From positions 65,519 to 129,518 of the forward strand of contig CAVZYD010000003.1 of assembly GCA_963779425.1 (NCBI GenBank): a stretch of 64,000 nt of DNA. The letters are read 5' to 3'. The translations under genes and the position numbers were made by a program. Position 1 is the stretch's first letter. Every line of letters starts with the position of its first letter. Shown piece after piece: positions 37,619-47,355 of this stretch. Below the pieces are notes generated by a model, which did not search any database, had not been told where the DNA came from, and worked only from the letters and a program-made list of their open reading frames with translations. Source of the DNA: an uncultured Acidimicrobiaceae bacterium. GTDB lineage: Bacteria > Actinomycetota > Acidimicrobiia > Acidimicrobiales > Bog-793.

Positions 37619-40600
37619 TCAGTACCAGTGGAGGTCGCGGGCCAGCTCCAGCGCAGCGGCCATCTCGTCCTTGGCGAGCTCGGGCTCGTTTCGGCCCCAG
37701 GCAACAGCAGCTGATCGCAGCATCGACTCGAGCTCGTCAGGAAGTCGCAGACGGGAGGTCTCGAGCATCTGTCGGCTGGCTGCGACGGCCTCGGGGACGT
37801 CCCCGGTGCTCAGACACACGGCGATGATTGGCCAAAGGCCCACCCAGTAAATGGCATGGGCCGGCCAGTCGGCAGCGGTCCGCCACATCTCCAGGGCCTC
37901 GTTGGCCAGAGCGACCGCGTCCTGGCGCCGCCTGTCCTGGCAAGCAAGCCAGGCGAGGCTGGCCTTGGCGGTACCCACGAGCTCGGGGTAGGCAGCCACC
38001 TCGCCCGCCGCCATCAGCTGCGGAGCGAAGGAGCGAACGGCCTGCCCGTCGTGACTGCGCAGCGCAGTCAAGGTCAGCGCCCAAAGGCTATTTGCTCGCC
38101 CGAGGAACTGCCCGATGCGCTCCGACAAGGCCAGTGATCTCTCGAGGTACTCCCGGGCCTCCGCCAAGTCGCCGTGCATTAGCAAGAATTCACCAAGGTT
38201 ATAGGTGGCATAAGCGATGTCTTTATGGGAATCGCCCTGGTTTGCTGCCGCTAGGGCTCTGCGCATGTTGGCGATGTCCTCATCGTCGACGCGCCAACGG
38301 TTCCGCATTGCCCGCTGATAGCCAAGCCCCCAGTAGAAATACCGCTTGTGAGCCGGGCTTCCCCGAGCTTCCACGACCGAGCGGGATGCCGCGAGCGCCG
38401 CCAGACCTAGCTCCGACTCGCTGCGGTCGAGGTGGAATTCAGCCCGACCGTCCAACATAACCTCGAGCTACACATCGGCCCATACATCGCCTTTGTCCCA
38501 GGGGCGCTCTCCTAGCAGCTCCTCGGCTGCATCGAACGCGGCCAGGGCGGCGTTATGGGAGTGGTCGTCCCTCTCCAGCTTTCCCAGGAGGGCATACAAG
38601 TGGGCGCCTTGGAGGGCGTCGTCTGGGCCTACCAGGCCGATGGCTGTCTGGAAGGCTTCTCGCGCTTCGCCGAGGCGCCAGGTGGCCCAGAGCACCTCGG
38701 CGAGCTTGGTCCACAGCCCCGCCAGCACCCTGGCCATCACTTCATTGTTCGGCTCGTCTTGCACTATCTCCAAGGCCGAGCGGAACGACGAGATTGCCTC
38801 TTCGTTGGCAAAGGCTTGGGCGGCCTGCTCGCCGGCCATCTTGAAGTAGTGCACGGCGCGCTCGGACTCGCCAGCGATGGCGAAATGGCGGCCGAGAACG
38901 GAGGCCACCTGTTCGAGCCGGCCCGCCGACATAGCCTCAAGGGTCCACGCACCCGGCCATGCAGCCGGCGGCGCTCGGGACGCAGCATCCCTAGGTAGGT
39001 GGCCTCCTGGATGAGAGCGTGGCGGAAGCGGTAAGTGGGCTCGGGGAGGCCGGTCACCTCCTGAAGCAGCCCCGCCCTGGAGAGCTCGGCTATGGCCGGA
39101 CCGAGAGCGCCTGTGGCGGCCTTTTCTGTCTCGTAGACGGCTCTGAGCAGGGCGAGGCTGAGCTCGGGCCCGAGCACAGAGGCGGTGCGGACGACTTCCT
39201 GGCCCGCTGGGCTGAGCCGGTCCACACGGGAACGGACGAGGCGTTCCAGTACCTCGGGAACCTTCGTTCCGAGCGTCCCGGTGAGCTGCCACCTGCCTTG
39301 CTCACGCTCGATGGCTCTGGTTTCGACGAGCGAAAAGAGCCGCTCCTCCAAGAAGAGGGGGTTGCCCTCCACGCCCGCGCGAACGGCGTCCAGGACATCT
39401 GTGGAGGCGTCAGTGCCCACGAGGGAGACGGCAAGCTCCAGTTCGGCCCCTTCGGAGAGGGGGGCGAGCTCGATTAGACGCAGGGGCACTGAGCCCGTAG
39501 CCAAGGAGCGCTCGAAGCTGGAGGCTTCGGGACTGGGGTCGGGCCGGCGGGTGGCAATTACAAGGAGAGGCCTGTGTTGGGCCAGGTTGGCGAGCTCTGC
39601 GCTGAGACGCAACGAGGTGGGGTCAGCCCAGTGGAGGTCCTCGAGAACGAGCACAGTAGGGCCGATGGCGACCAGGCGTGAGATCACCGATCCCATCGCA
39701 GAAAAGGTCGCCCTTTGCAGCTCCTCGGGACCGAGGCGTACCAGTCCTGCACCACCTGGCAGGCCCATCATGCGGGCCAGGACGGGCCAAAGGTCCTTGT
39801 CGCCCATGAGCGCGACTAGCGCCTTCTCCAAAGCCGGGCGCATCACCGCTTCCTCCTGGTCGGGGGCCACACCCACCCAGGCGGCCAGGAGCTGCTGGTA
39901 AAGGCCATAGGGCGTGGACGAGGCATAGGAGACCGAGTGCCCCTCCAACCACAACGGGAGCCGGCCGGTCCCAGCCCCCACCCAGGCCATGAAGCGCTTG
40001 CGGCACTCTTGCACAAGGCGCGTCTTGCCGAGCCCCGCCTCACCCACCAAGATCACGACCGAGCCGGCGCCCCCCACCGCTTCTCGAAGGGCAGTGTCCA
40101 AAACCGCCAGTTCCGCTCCGCGGCCCACGAGGTGGCTCCGGCCGCGCTGGCCCCGACTGGCCGGCCGATGAGCCTTGGGGCCCTCGAGGTAAGAGGCCAC
40201 GATTGACCTGGCGCCTGCAGTCATGACCACTTTCTCGGTTGGCCCCCAGTCGAAAAGGGCCTCTGTGGCAGCACGAGTCGCCGGGCCGACTAGGACCGAG
40301 CCGGCCTCGGCCACCGACTGCAGCGCGGCAGCAACACCCGTCACATCGCCCACGGCCCCGTACGCGACCTTGGCTCCTCCTCCAAGGGGTCCCACTACAG
40401 CCGGACCGGTCTCGATGCCGATGCGCACTGCCGACGAGCCGGTACTCGATGGCGCCGCCACCGCCGACAGTGCCCGGAATCCCGCCCGAACGGCCCGTTC
40501 CGGGTCATCCTCGTGCGCTTCGGGCGCACCGAAGATGGCCGCCAGGCCTGCGCCGGAGATAGAGGTCACCGTCCCGCCGAGGCGTTCTACCTCAGCGATC

Positions 40601-41576
40601 ACTGCTCCCAAAGCTCCACCGATGACGCTGCGGAGGTCTTCTGGGTCCAAGTTGGCCAGTCCCGGGCCCGTCACCTCGGCGAAAAGCACGCTCACGACCT
40701 TGCGTTCTTCTCTCAGACGCGCCGGCTCGGCGACTGGTGGCTTCGTGCTCGGCGCGCCGGAAGCCCCGGACAGCGCGAGCTCGAAGGTCGCTGCGGCGTG
40801 AACCTCGTCCAACGCCGGGGAGATCCTGAGGCCCAGTTCCTCCAAGGCAGAGCGGCAGCGCTCGTAGGTGCGCACCACGAGGTGCCGCTGTCCCAGAGCG
40901 GAATAGGCGCGCATCAACGCGGCGGCCGCCTCCTCGCTTGCTGGGTCGTGGACCAAACAGGACTCCCAGGCCGACACCACGGCCTCGGGGCGGGAGCGGC
41001 CGGCCCCCGGGTGCGGTCCCGTGCCAGGGCGAGGCGCGCCTGTTGACGGAAGGCCTCCAGGCGTTCCCGGGGCTGCAGTGTCCACTCGGCGTAGGGCTCG
41101 TCGGCGAGCAGGCCCGCGTCGTCGTACAAAGCAGCCACGAGACGATCATCGCGGTCGTCGCCCGGGACCATGGCAAGCGCCGCGGTGAGCGCCTCCTCAT
41201 GGCCTTCGAGGTCGATGTCCACCAACACCGCCGGTGATATCCAGATGTGGCTCAGGTCGGCGCGGAGCAAACTGTCCGCCGGTTCGCCGAGCTCGCCGAG
41301 GACACCCCGGGCGAGCGAGAGAGCTTTGGAGAGCGCTCTCGCGCCGGCGTGGGCGTCGAGGCCGGGGAACAGCTCCTCACGGGCGAGATCGCGGCTGACA
41401 CGCCGCCCATGGCTCAGAAAGACGAGCTCGCAAAGGCGCCTGGCGGTGGGCCGGGGCCATGGGCCGGCAAGGCGGCGGTCCACAGTGATGGTGAACGGGC
41501 CGAGCAGGTTGACCGTTACCCCACGTGGCCCTGACGGGCCTTTGCCCCCTTCAGCGGTGGCGGCCACGGGCCACAT
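37619..41576 (-). pseudogene. about 1300 aa multidomain regulator: SARP/BTAD DNA-binding N-terminus, class III nucleotidyl-cyclase-like domain, AAA/STAND ATPase, TPR C-terminus. Interrupted by 2 frame breaks (near 41000 and 38950) and one in-frame TAG (38468-38470)
   Basis: VTVNLLGPFTITVDRRL...DEPYAEWTLQPRERLEAFRQQARLALA (40914..41642). WESCLVHDPASEEAAAALMRAYSALGQRHLVVRTYERCRSALEELG (BTAD). ERKVVSVLFAEVTGPG...GGTVTSISGAGLAAIFGAPEAHEDDPERAVRA...RIGIETGPAVVG...YGAVGDVTGVAAAL (cyclase-like). LVGRGAELAVLDTAL..VVILVGEAGLGKTRLV...VLVLEDLHWADPTSL (Walker A/B). TPR-like repeats are in 38468..39292 and 37619..38458. Whether it is a true pseudogene or an error-laden intact gene is unresolved. Confidence 0.75.
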
Positions 41577-41832
41577 TTTCGCACACCCCTTTGCGGTAAC
41601 ACCGCGGGAACAGTCTCTCTTTACCTTGTCCCTCAAAGTCACGGAACGATTAGGAGGAACACGACATCTCTACGTCTTGACCCGCCAGGCCACGCCGCCG
41701 GGTCCCCGACGCGGGAGGGCTGGGCCAGCTCTGAGGTGAGCGGGTAGCCGCCCCAGCACCGTCGTGGCCCACCGCCCGTAGCCCAGGTGCAAAAAGAGGT
41801 TTGAAGGTTTCGGAGGGGGGTCTTAGCCAATC

Positions 41833-41849
41833 ATGAAACGCCTGAGTGC
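41833..41849 (+). pseudogene. 5' fragment (ATG plus 14 nt, MKRLS(A)) of the S53 peptidase gene, separated from the rest by the IS21 element
   Basis: ATGAAACGCCTGAGTGC ends exactly at the IS left terminus. Joined to 44473 onward after removing one AGTGC copy, it reads in frame into ORF 44483..44881. Confidence 0.6.
41845..41849. repeat. target-site duplication AGTGC (left copy)
   Basis: AGTGC lies immediately 5' of the IS terminus TGTCG. An identical pentamer lies at 44468-44472, immediately 3' of the terminus GCGACA. Confidence 0.7.
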
Positions 41850-41876
41850 TGTCGTTTGCCAGCGAGAAGGGACCAC
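41850..41876 (+). repeat. IS21 left terminal inverted repeat (IRL)
   Basis: TGTCGTTTGCCAGCGAGAAGGGACCAC versus the reverse complement of the right end, TGTCGCTTGCCAGTCTTAAGGGACCAG. 21 of 27 positions are identical by eye. Confidence 0.75.
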
Positions 41877-42005
41877 CTAGCCACTGGTTTTGCCAGTGGC
41901 ATGGGACCACCCCTGTTGCCAGTCATGGGACCACCCTGAGCATCCACCAACACCGGCCGAAGACAGATTCGGCTGGGCCTGCGAAGCCATCGCGGAGGAG
42001 GCCCC

Positions 42006-43562
42006 ATGGTGTTCAGGGAGGTAACGGTGGTCCAGATCAAAGAGGCGCTCAGACGCTGGCTTTTAGGTGAAGGCGAACGCCCCATCGCCCACGGGGTCGG
42101 CATCGACCGCAAGACGGCGAGGCGCTACATCGCCGCTGCTTTAGAGCTCGGGCTCGACCGCTCCGCTGGCGAGGGCCAGCTCACTGACGAGCTGATCGGC
42201 CAAGTGGCCGAGAAGGTGCGCCCGCACCGTCCAGATGGCCACGGCGAGACCTGGGGGAAGCTTCTCGGAGAGGAAGAGCAAATCAAGGCCTGGGTGAAAC
42301 AGGACCTCACCGTGGTCAAGATCGGGATTCTCCTTGCTCGCCGTGGTGTCGTCGTCCCGCACCGGACTCTGGCACGCTTTGCCACAGAGCGCTGCGGGGC
42401 GGGGCGGAAGAGAACAACGGTCCGTGTCGACGACCCACCCCCGGGCATAGAGCTGCAGGTGGACTTCGGGCGTCTTGGTCTCGTGCCAGACGGCGAGCGG
42501 CGCCGGGTCTGTCACGGGCTCATCTTCACGGCGGTGTTCAGCCGCCATCAGTTCGTCTGGCCGACTTTCACCCAGACCACAGACGACGTCATCTCTGGCT
42601 TCGAGGCCGCCTGGCGGTTCTTCGGCGGGGTGTTCCCGGTCGTAATTCCCGACAACATGTCCTCGATCGTCGCCAAAGCCGAGAACACCGCCCCCCGTTT
42701 CAACGACACCTTCTTCGAGTACGCCCAGTCGAGGGGCTTTGTCATCGACGCGGCCCGCGTCGCCACCCCGACCGACAAGCCGCGGGTGGAACGCGTCGTC
42801 TCTTATGTGCAGAAGAACTTCTTTGCCGGAGAGAGCTTCGTCGACCTTGCCGACTGTCGGGAGCGGGCCGAGATCTGGTGTAAGAAGACCGCCGGCCTGC
42901 GCATCCACGGCACGACCCAGTGCCGCCCGGCGGAGATGTTCCGTCTCGAGGAGCTTCCTCGTCTCGGCCAGCTCCCCGGTCAGCCCTTCGACATCCCCCA
43001 CTGGTCAGAGCCGAAGCTGCACCGTGACTTCCATGTGGAGGTGGACAAGGCCCTCTACTCGGCCCCCCACCAGCTCGTCGGCAGGCACCTAAAGGCAAGG
43101 CGCGACTCAAAGACCGTGAAGCTGTACTTCCGCGGAGAGCTCGTGAAGTTGCATCCGAGAAAGCCGCCTGGAGGGCGCTCGACCGATCCGGCCGACATGC
43201 CGAGCGGGAAGGAGATCTACGCGACAAGAGACCTCGACCGCCTCGCCCAGATGGCCAAAGGCCACGGGGAGGCGATCGGCATCTATGCCAAGGCGATCCT
43301 GGACACTCCGCTTCCTTGGACCAAGATGCGCCAGGTCTATCGCCTCTTGGGACTGGTGAAAAAGTGGGGCCCGGCCCGCGTCGAGTCGGCCTGTCGGCGT
43401 GCCCTCGAGGCAGAGGCGATCGACGTGAACCTCATAAGTCGCATGCTGGAACGCGCCAAGGAAGCGGCCGAGCCCGACGCCCGACCCGAGCTGGTCGTGG
43501 TGCAGGGACGCTTTGCCCGTGATCCTTCTGAGTTCGCGGCCGCAAAGCAGCAGAACAGATGA
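42006..43562 (+). CDS. istA: IS21-family transposase IstA
   Basis: Intact 518 aa ORF. N-terminal HTH (IKEALRRWLLGEGERPIAHGVGIDRKTARRY), DDE core region (LQVDFGRLG...CHGLIFTAVFSRHQF...VIPDNMSSIV...TPTDKPRVERVV), C-terminal IstA-like region. Confidence 0.92.
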   Translation: MVFREVTVVQIKEALRRWLLGEGERPIAHGVGIDRKTARRYIAAALELGLDRSAGEGQLTDELIGQVAEKVRPHRPDGHGETWGKLLGEEEQIKAWVKQDLTVVKIGILLARRGVVVPHRTLARFATERCGAGRKRTTVRVDDPPPGIELQVDFGRLGLVPDGERRRVCHGLIFTAVFSRHQFVWPTFTQTTDDVISGFEAAWRFFGGVFPVVIPDNMSSIVAKAENTAPRFNDTFFEYAQSRGFVIDAARVATPTDKPRVERVVSYVQKNFFAGESFVDLADCRERAEIWCKKTAGLRIHGTTQCRPAEMFRLEELPRLGQLPGQPFDIPHWSEPKLHRDFHVEVDKALYSAPHQLVGRHLKARRDSKTVKLYFRGELVKLHPRKPPGGRSTDPADMPSGKEIYATRDLDRLAQMAKGHGEAIGIYAKAILDTPLPWTKMRQVYRLLGLVKKWGPARVESACRRALEAEAIDVNLISRMLERAKEAAEPDARPELVVVQGRFARDPSEFAAAKQQNR

Positions 43563-44362
43563 CCGCCCTGTCACCCACCGTCTCGCCCGAGCTCAAGGTG
43601 CTCATGCGCCGGCTCCGCCTCGGACGCTTGTTGGACACCTTGCCCGAGCGCCTCGCGCTCGCCCGCAGTCACGAGCTCAGCCACGTCGAGTTCCTGGAGC
43701 AGTTGTTCTCAGACGAGGTGCAGCGCCGCGACGCCGACTCGGCAGGACTGCGGGCCCGGGCAGCCCATCTCGACCCGCACATGTACCTCGAGGCTTGGGA
43801 CGAGACAGCCGCGGTCAGCTATGACCGGGCGGTGTGGTCAGAGCTCGTGTCGCTGCGTTTTGTCGACCAGGGCCGGAACGCTTTGATTCTCGGACCAGTC
43901 GGGGTGGGGAAGACATTTCTCGCCACTGCGCTCGGACACATCGCCTGTCGCCGACGGATCAGTGTCCATTTCGAACGGGCCGACCGTCTCCACAGGCGCC
44001 TTCGAGCGGCCCGCCTCGACGCGAGCTACGACGCTGAGATGCGAAAGCTCATCGGCTTTGAGCTTTTGATCCTTGATGATTTCGCCCTCCAAGCCCTGGA
44101 TCCCACCGAGACGGCCGATCTTTACGAGCTCGTCGTGGAACGCCACCACAAAGCGGCCACGGTGCTCACCTCGAACAGGGACCCGGTTGAGTGGCTGGCG
44201 GTCATGGCCGACCCGCTCCTCGCCCAGTCCGCCGTCGACCGTCTGAAAAGCGCCGCGTGGGAGCTCGTCATCGAAGGAGAGTCCTACCGCGGACGCGAGA
44301 AGCCGATCATCGCTCCCGGTCAAGACAAGGTTCCTTCGAGGCGGCGACGCCGTTCCACTTGA
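43559..44362 (+). CDS. istB: IS21-family helper ATPase IstB
   Basis: Intact 267 aa ORF. Walker A ILGPVGVGKTFLATALG, Walker B LLILDDF, TSNRDPVEW. The ATG overlaps the istA stop. Confidence 0.92.
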   Translation: MTALSPTVSPELKVLMRRLRLGRLLDTLPERLALARSHELSHVEFLEQLFSDEVQRRDADSAGLRARAAHLDPHMYLEAWDETAAVSYDRAVWSELVSLRFVDQGRNALILGPVGVGKTFLATALGHIACRRRISVHFERADRLHRRLRAARLDASYDAEMRKLIGFELLILDDFALQALDPTETADLYELVVERHHKAATVLTSNRDPVEWLAVMADPLLAQSAVDRLKSAAWELVIEGESYRGREKPIIAPGQDKVPSRRRRRST

Positions 44363-44440
44363 CACCTGTCTTGGCTGCCGAGATCATCGCGTCAGCCGGT
44401 CGATGTGGACGCGACGTGGTCCCATGCTTCTGGCAACGGC

Positions 44441-44467
44441 CTGGTCCCTTAAGACTGGCAAGCGACA
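44441..44467 (+). repeat. IS21 right terminal inverted repeat (IRR)
   Basis: CTGGTCCCTTAAGACTGGCAAGCGACA. An inner repeat GTGGTCCCATGCTTCTGGCAA at about 44416-44436 mirrors the left-end TTGCCAGTGGCATGGGACCAC. Confidence 0.75.
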
Positions 44468-45912
44468 AGTGCCACGGCAACGGTGCGTGGCGTAACGCGA
44501 CCTGTGACGGTGAGAGCAATATGCGTGGTCGCAGTCGTTGCAGCGGCTGTGCCATCGGTTTGGCCTGCAATAGCCAAACCTTTAGTACCTGACCATGTCG
44601 AAAGATCCGACGTGTCAGCTTTGCATGCGTCGGGCCGCGCCCATTTGCCGTTCGCCGGTGTCGCCGAGGCAGTTTGTCGACAGCCGGGCGTCGGCGTCGC
44701 GCAGTGCCTCAGCGACATCGTGGAGCCGAGCGGGGCGCAACCCGACCTCGCCAGCCCGAGCGGCTGTCACCTAGCACCATCGAAGAAGTCTATGGCTACA
44801 CGTCATCCTCGACGGCTGGCTTCGGTCAGACAATCGCGCTCGTGGACGCGTTCAACGATCCCGACGCGGCGGGCGACCTAGATGCGTTCAGTGATCAGTA
44901 CGGCCTACCGTTGGAGTGCACGGGCGCATCGTCCCCGTCGTCATGTTTCGATTTCGACCAAGTGAACCAGACCGGCGGGAGCAGCCTGCCCGACACCAAC
45001 CCGGCCTGGGACCTTGAGATAAGCCTCGACATCGAGTGGGCCCATGCGCTCGCTCCCGCGGCCAGCATCGTTCTGGTCGAAGCCGACAACAACTACACCC
45101 CGAACCTGCTCGCGGCCGAGCAGTACGCCGCCGACAACGCAAGATACGTTTCCAACAGCTGGGGATCGCCGGAGTTCGCGGGCGAGGTGTCCTTGGACTC
45201 GTACTTCACCCGGCCGGGTGTCAGTTACTTCGCCGCCGCCGGAGATTCTGCAGGAAAGGTGGAGTGGCCCTCGTCCTCGCCTGATGTGATCTCGGTCGGG
45301 GGGACCAGCCTCAAGTTCACCCCTGGGGGTCAGCTTGCCGAGGAGACGGCCTGGAGCGACGGGGGCGGGGGCTGCAGTGGCTATGAGACCACCAACATCT
45401 ACCAGTGGACAGGAAGCGTGAACTGCGCCGGCATGCGCGCAACGCCCGACCTAGCCCTCGACGCCGACCCGAACTCGGGTGTGCCGGTGTACGACAGCGT
45501 CCCGTACGGCGATCACTCCGGTTGGTTCACAATCGGCGGCACGAGCGCTTCGACGACCATGGTGGCTCCTGAGGCGGCGGTGACAGGTGCCGAGGTGAAC
45601 GCCAGTTACCTCTACGCCAGCCCTACCAACATCCCCTTTCGTGCCATCACCTCGGGCAGCAACGGATACCCGCCCTTACCCGGCTATGACCTAGCCACCG
45701 GGCTCGGCGCCTGGTCCTACACCCCGGCGCCGAGGGGCCTGACTGCGACGAAGGTCTCCATCGAGGTCATGCTCAGGCACCTCCCACAGGGTCTGGGTCA
45801 CGGTTGTCACTTCGATCTCGTTCGCGGGCACACGACCCCTAGCCGCCTGGTGAGGCAAGCCCGAGGGCCGTGCGGTCCCTCGCCCGGTCGCGATTCACCA
45901 AAAGAGGCTTGA
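44468..45912 (+). pseudogene. S53 (sedolisin-like) serine peptidase, 5' end severed by IS21; additional frame break near 44750
   Basis: Signal-like (A)TATVRGVTRPVTVRAICVVAVVAAAVPSVWPAIAKP (ORF 44483..44881). Then LSPSTIEEVYGY..GFGQTIALVDAFNDP..DLDAFSDQYGLP. E-x3-D in WDLEISLDIEWAHALAP, VSNSWG, AAAGDSAG, VISVGGTS, GGGGCS, PDLALDADPNSGV, and the catalytic-Ser motif IGGTSAST (ORF 44674..45912). The 3' end is uncertain. Confidence 0.7.
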
Positions 45913-46555
45913 CGACAGAACCCGGCGAAACGGCAAACAAGTCGTTCACCGGTCCGCCTGGGCCGGCTAGTGCAGGACCGCAAGCCATCCGGGTGGATCG
46001 GCTCTAAGTTGCACCGGTCGCCGTTTCAAACTGCCTAGCAGGACCGCCTCGCCGCCGCCAGGTGCTCGACCAGCCTTTGAAGTCAGGATCATTCCCTGCG
46101 AAAAACGGACGTCTCACTCGGCCGAGTCGCGGCCACGCTCGCGCTGGGCCTGGTTGCTCCCGGCCGCAGTCAAGCTCACGGGCCTGCGCCCGGGCCTTCG
46201 TATCCTCGCCACCGGGCCCGGGCACCGACCACTTACGACTCTACTACTGGGCCGAATAACCGGCATTGCCGATTGCGGTTCCGCGTTGCGCTCAAGGCGA
46301 CAGCGCTAGGAGCCGACTAAGTAGGTGGGTGCACGACCCCTGTTGCCTTGCGAGGGAAGCAATGGGCCGTGCACCCGCTTCAGTATCCCGCAGGAATTGC
46401 CCGCCGGGGAGGCATCTTTGGGGCGCTGGCAGGATACTGGAGCGGGTGCACAGGTCCACTAGGTGCAAACTGGCCGGGCTGCACAAGAGATTTCACCTCG
46501 GCTGACCGGCTGTCTCTTGCTTGTGCCTTTGGGCACCAAGGCCAGCCGGTCTTGG

Positions 46556-47326
46556 CTAAGCCTTCCCGAGCGTGGACTGCGCCCGCGCCATCACCTTGGA
46601 GATGGCGGCAGTCGCCCAGGCGGGATTGAACGGTGAACCGAGGTTGATGAACGACATTGATATCTCGGCCGGCCCTTGCACGTAGAAGTACTCGTCGTCG
46701 TAAAGCTCGCTCTTGAGCAAGGCGAAATTGCCACCCGATTCCACGAAGCGAATGTGGACCCCGCCGCTACCGGCGCCATGGTGCGGCGCCGCCATGAAGC
46801 TGGCACTCCCTTTGACCTTGCCCGCACCCTCGAGAGTGCTGTTGCCGACGAGCTGGGCCGTCAGGCAGGCGAGCGACCCGCTGCGGGCGATCGTGGAGAG
46901 ATCCGTGAGGCTTTCCGAGGCGGTCTTCAAGAAAACGACCTCCGAGCTGGCGCTCGGCAGCTGGGTCAGGGTCGCTGCCTTGTCGTAATAGGTCGGCGAC
47001 GAGACGTCCGCCACGACGACGCCTCCGACAACGCTTCTCGTGCCGAACGGATCCGGGCTCACCGGCCCGACCTTTTCCAAGCAGGCGATGGTCTTGACCG
47101 CGAGCGCCGCGGCCGCCTTGGAGGTCTTGCCTGCGGAGGCGCTCACCCAATGGATGCTCGGGGACAGGTCTGTCACCTTCAAGTTGATCGCCTCGGCCTC
47201 AGCGACGACAGAGGACGACCGGGCGGCCGGCAGGCCAAGACGCGCCGGCGAGGGCAGCGCCACGGCCAAGCCCGCGGCTAGGACGGCGAAGCCTCCGGCG
47301 AGGTTGCGGTGCAGCTTTGCAAGCAT
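46556..47326 (-). CDS. secreted protein of unknown function (orphan)
   Basis: Intact from Met 47326: MLAKLHRNLAGGFAVLAAGLAVALPSPA (signal peptide), then about 230 aa with no motif I recognise. The rest of ORF 46556..47848 upstream of this Met is Arg-rich read-through. The immediate upstream DNA looks lower in GC by eye. Confidence 0.45.
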   Translation of the reverse strand: MLAKLHRNLAGGFAVLAAGLAVALPSPARLGLPAARSSSVVAEAEAINLKVTDLSPSIHWVSASAGKTSKAAAALAVKTIACLEKVGPVSPDPFGTRSVVGGVVVADVSSPTYYDKAATLTQLPSASSEVVFLKTASESLTDLSTIARSGSLACLTAQLVGNSTLEGAGKVKGSASFMAAPHHGAGSGGVHIRFVESGGNFALLKSELYDDEYFYVQGPAEISMSFINLGSPFNPAWATAAISKVMARAQSTLGKA

Positions 47327-47355
47327 GGTCACGAATATAGGCCGCAGCAGGCACC

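Larger units (their letters stand above)
41850..44467 (+). mobile_element. IS21-family insertion sequence, 2618 bp, apparently intact
   Basis: Termini are 5'-TG...CA-3'. Imperfect terminal inverted repeats carry internal repeated TTGCCAG-N6/7-GGGACCAC(C) sites (three at the left end, two at the right end). It has overlapping istA/istB (ATGA) and is flanked by a 5 bp direct repeat AGTGC. Confidence 0.9.

Noticed and set aside
39900-40750. Cyclase-like domain as a possible Pycsar/CBASS-type antiphage signalling enzyme.
   Set aside because: The canonical metal-binding and transition-state residues appear substituted. The domain is embedded in a SARP-STAND-TPR regulator, and no effector (TIR, TM, nuclease, patatin) gene is adjacent.
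37414-41850. tRNA-anchored integrative element or prophage.
   Set aside because: No integrase, excisionase, phage or conjugation gene is present, and no repeat of the tRNA 3' end was seen in the window. Only the weaker label of a variable region is justified.
46330-46380. Possible SRP (4.5S) RNA or RNase P-like motifs (GAGGGAAGCAA at about 46352; GAGGAAAGATAGGCCGG in the pheS-pheT spacer on the minus strand, about 61600-61630).
   Set aside because: These are only short partial resemblances to the GGAAG/AGCA or GAGGAAAGUCCGG signatures. The surrounding helices and conserved loops of these RNAs cannot be built.
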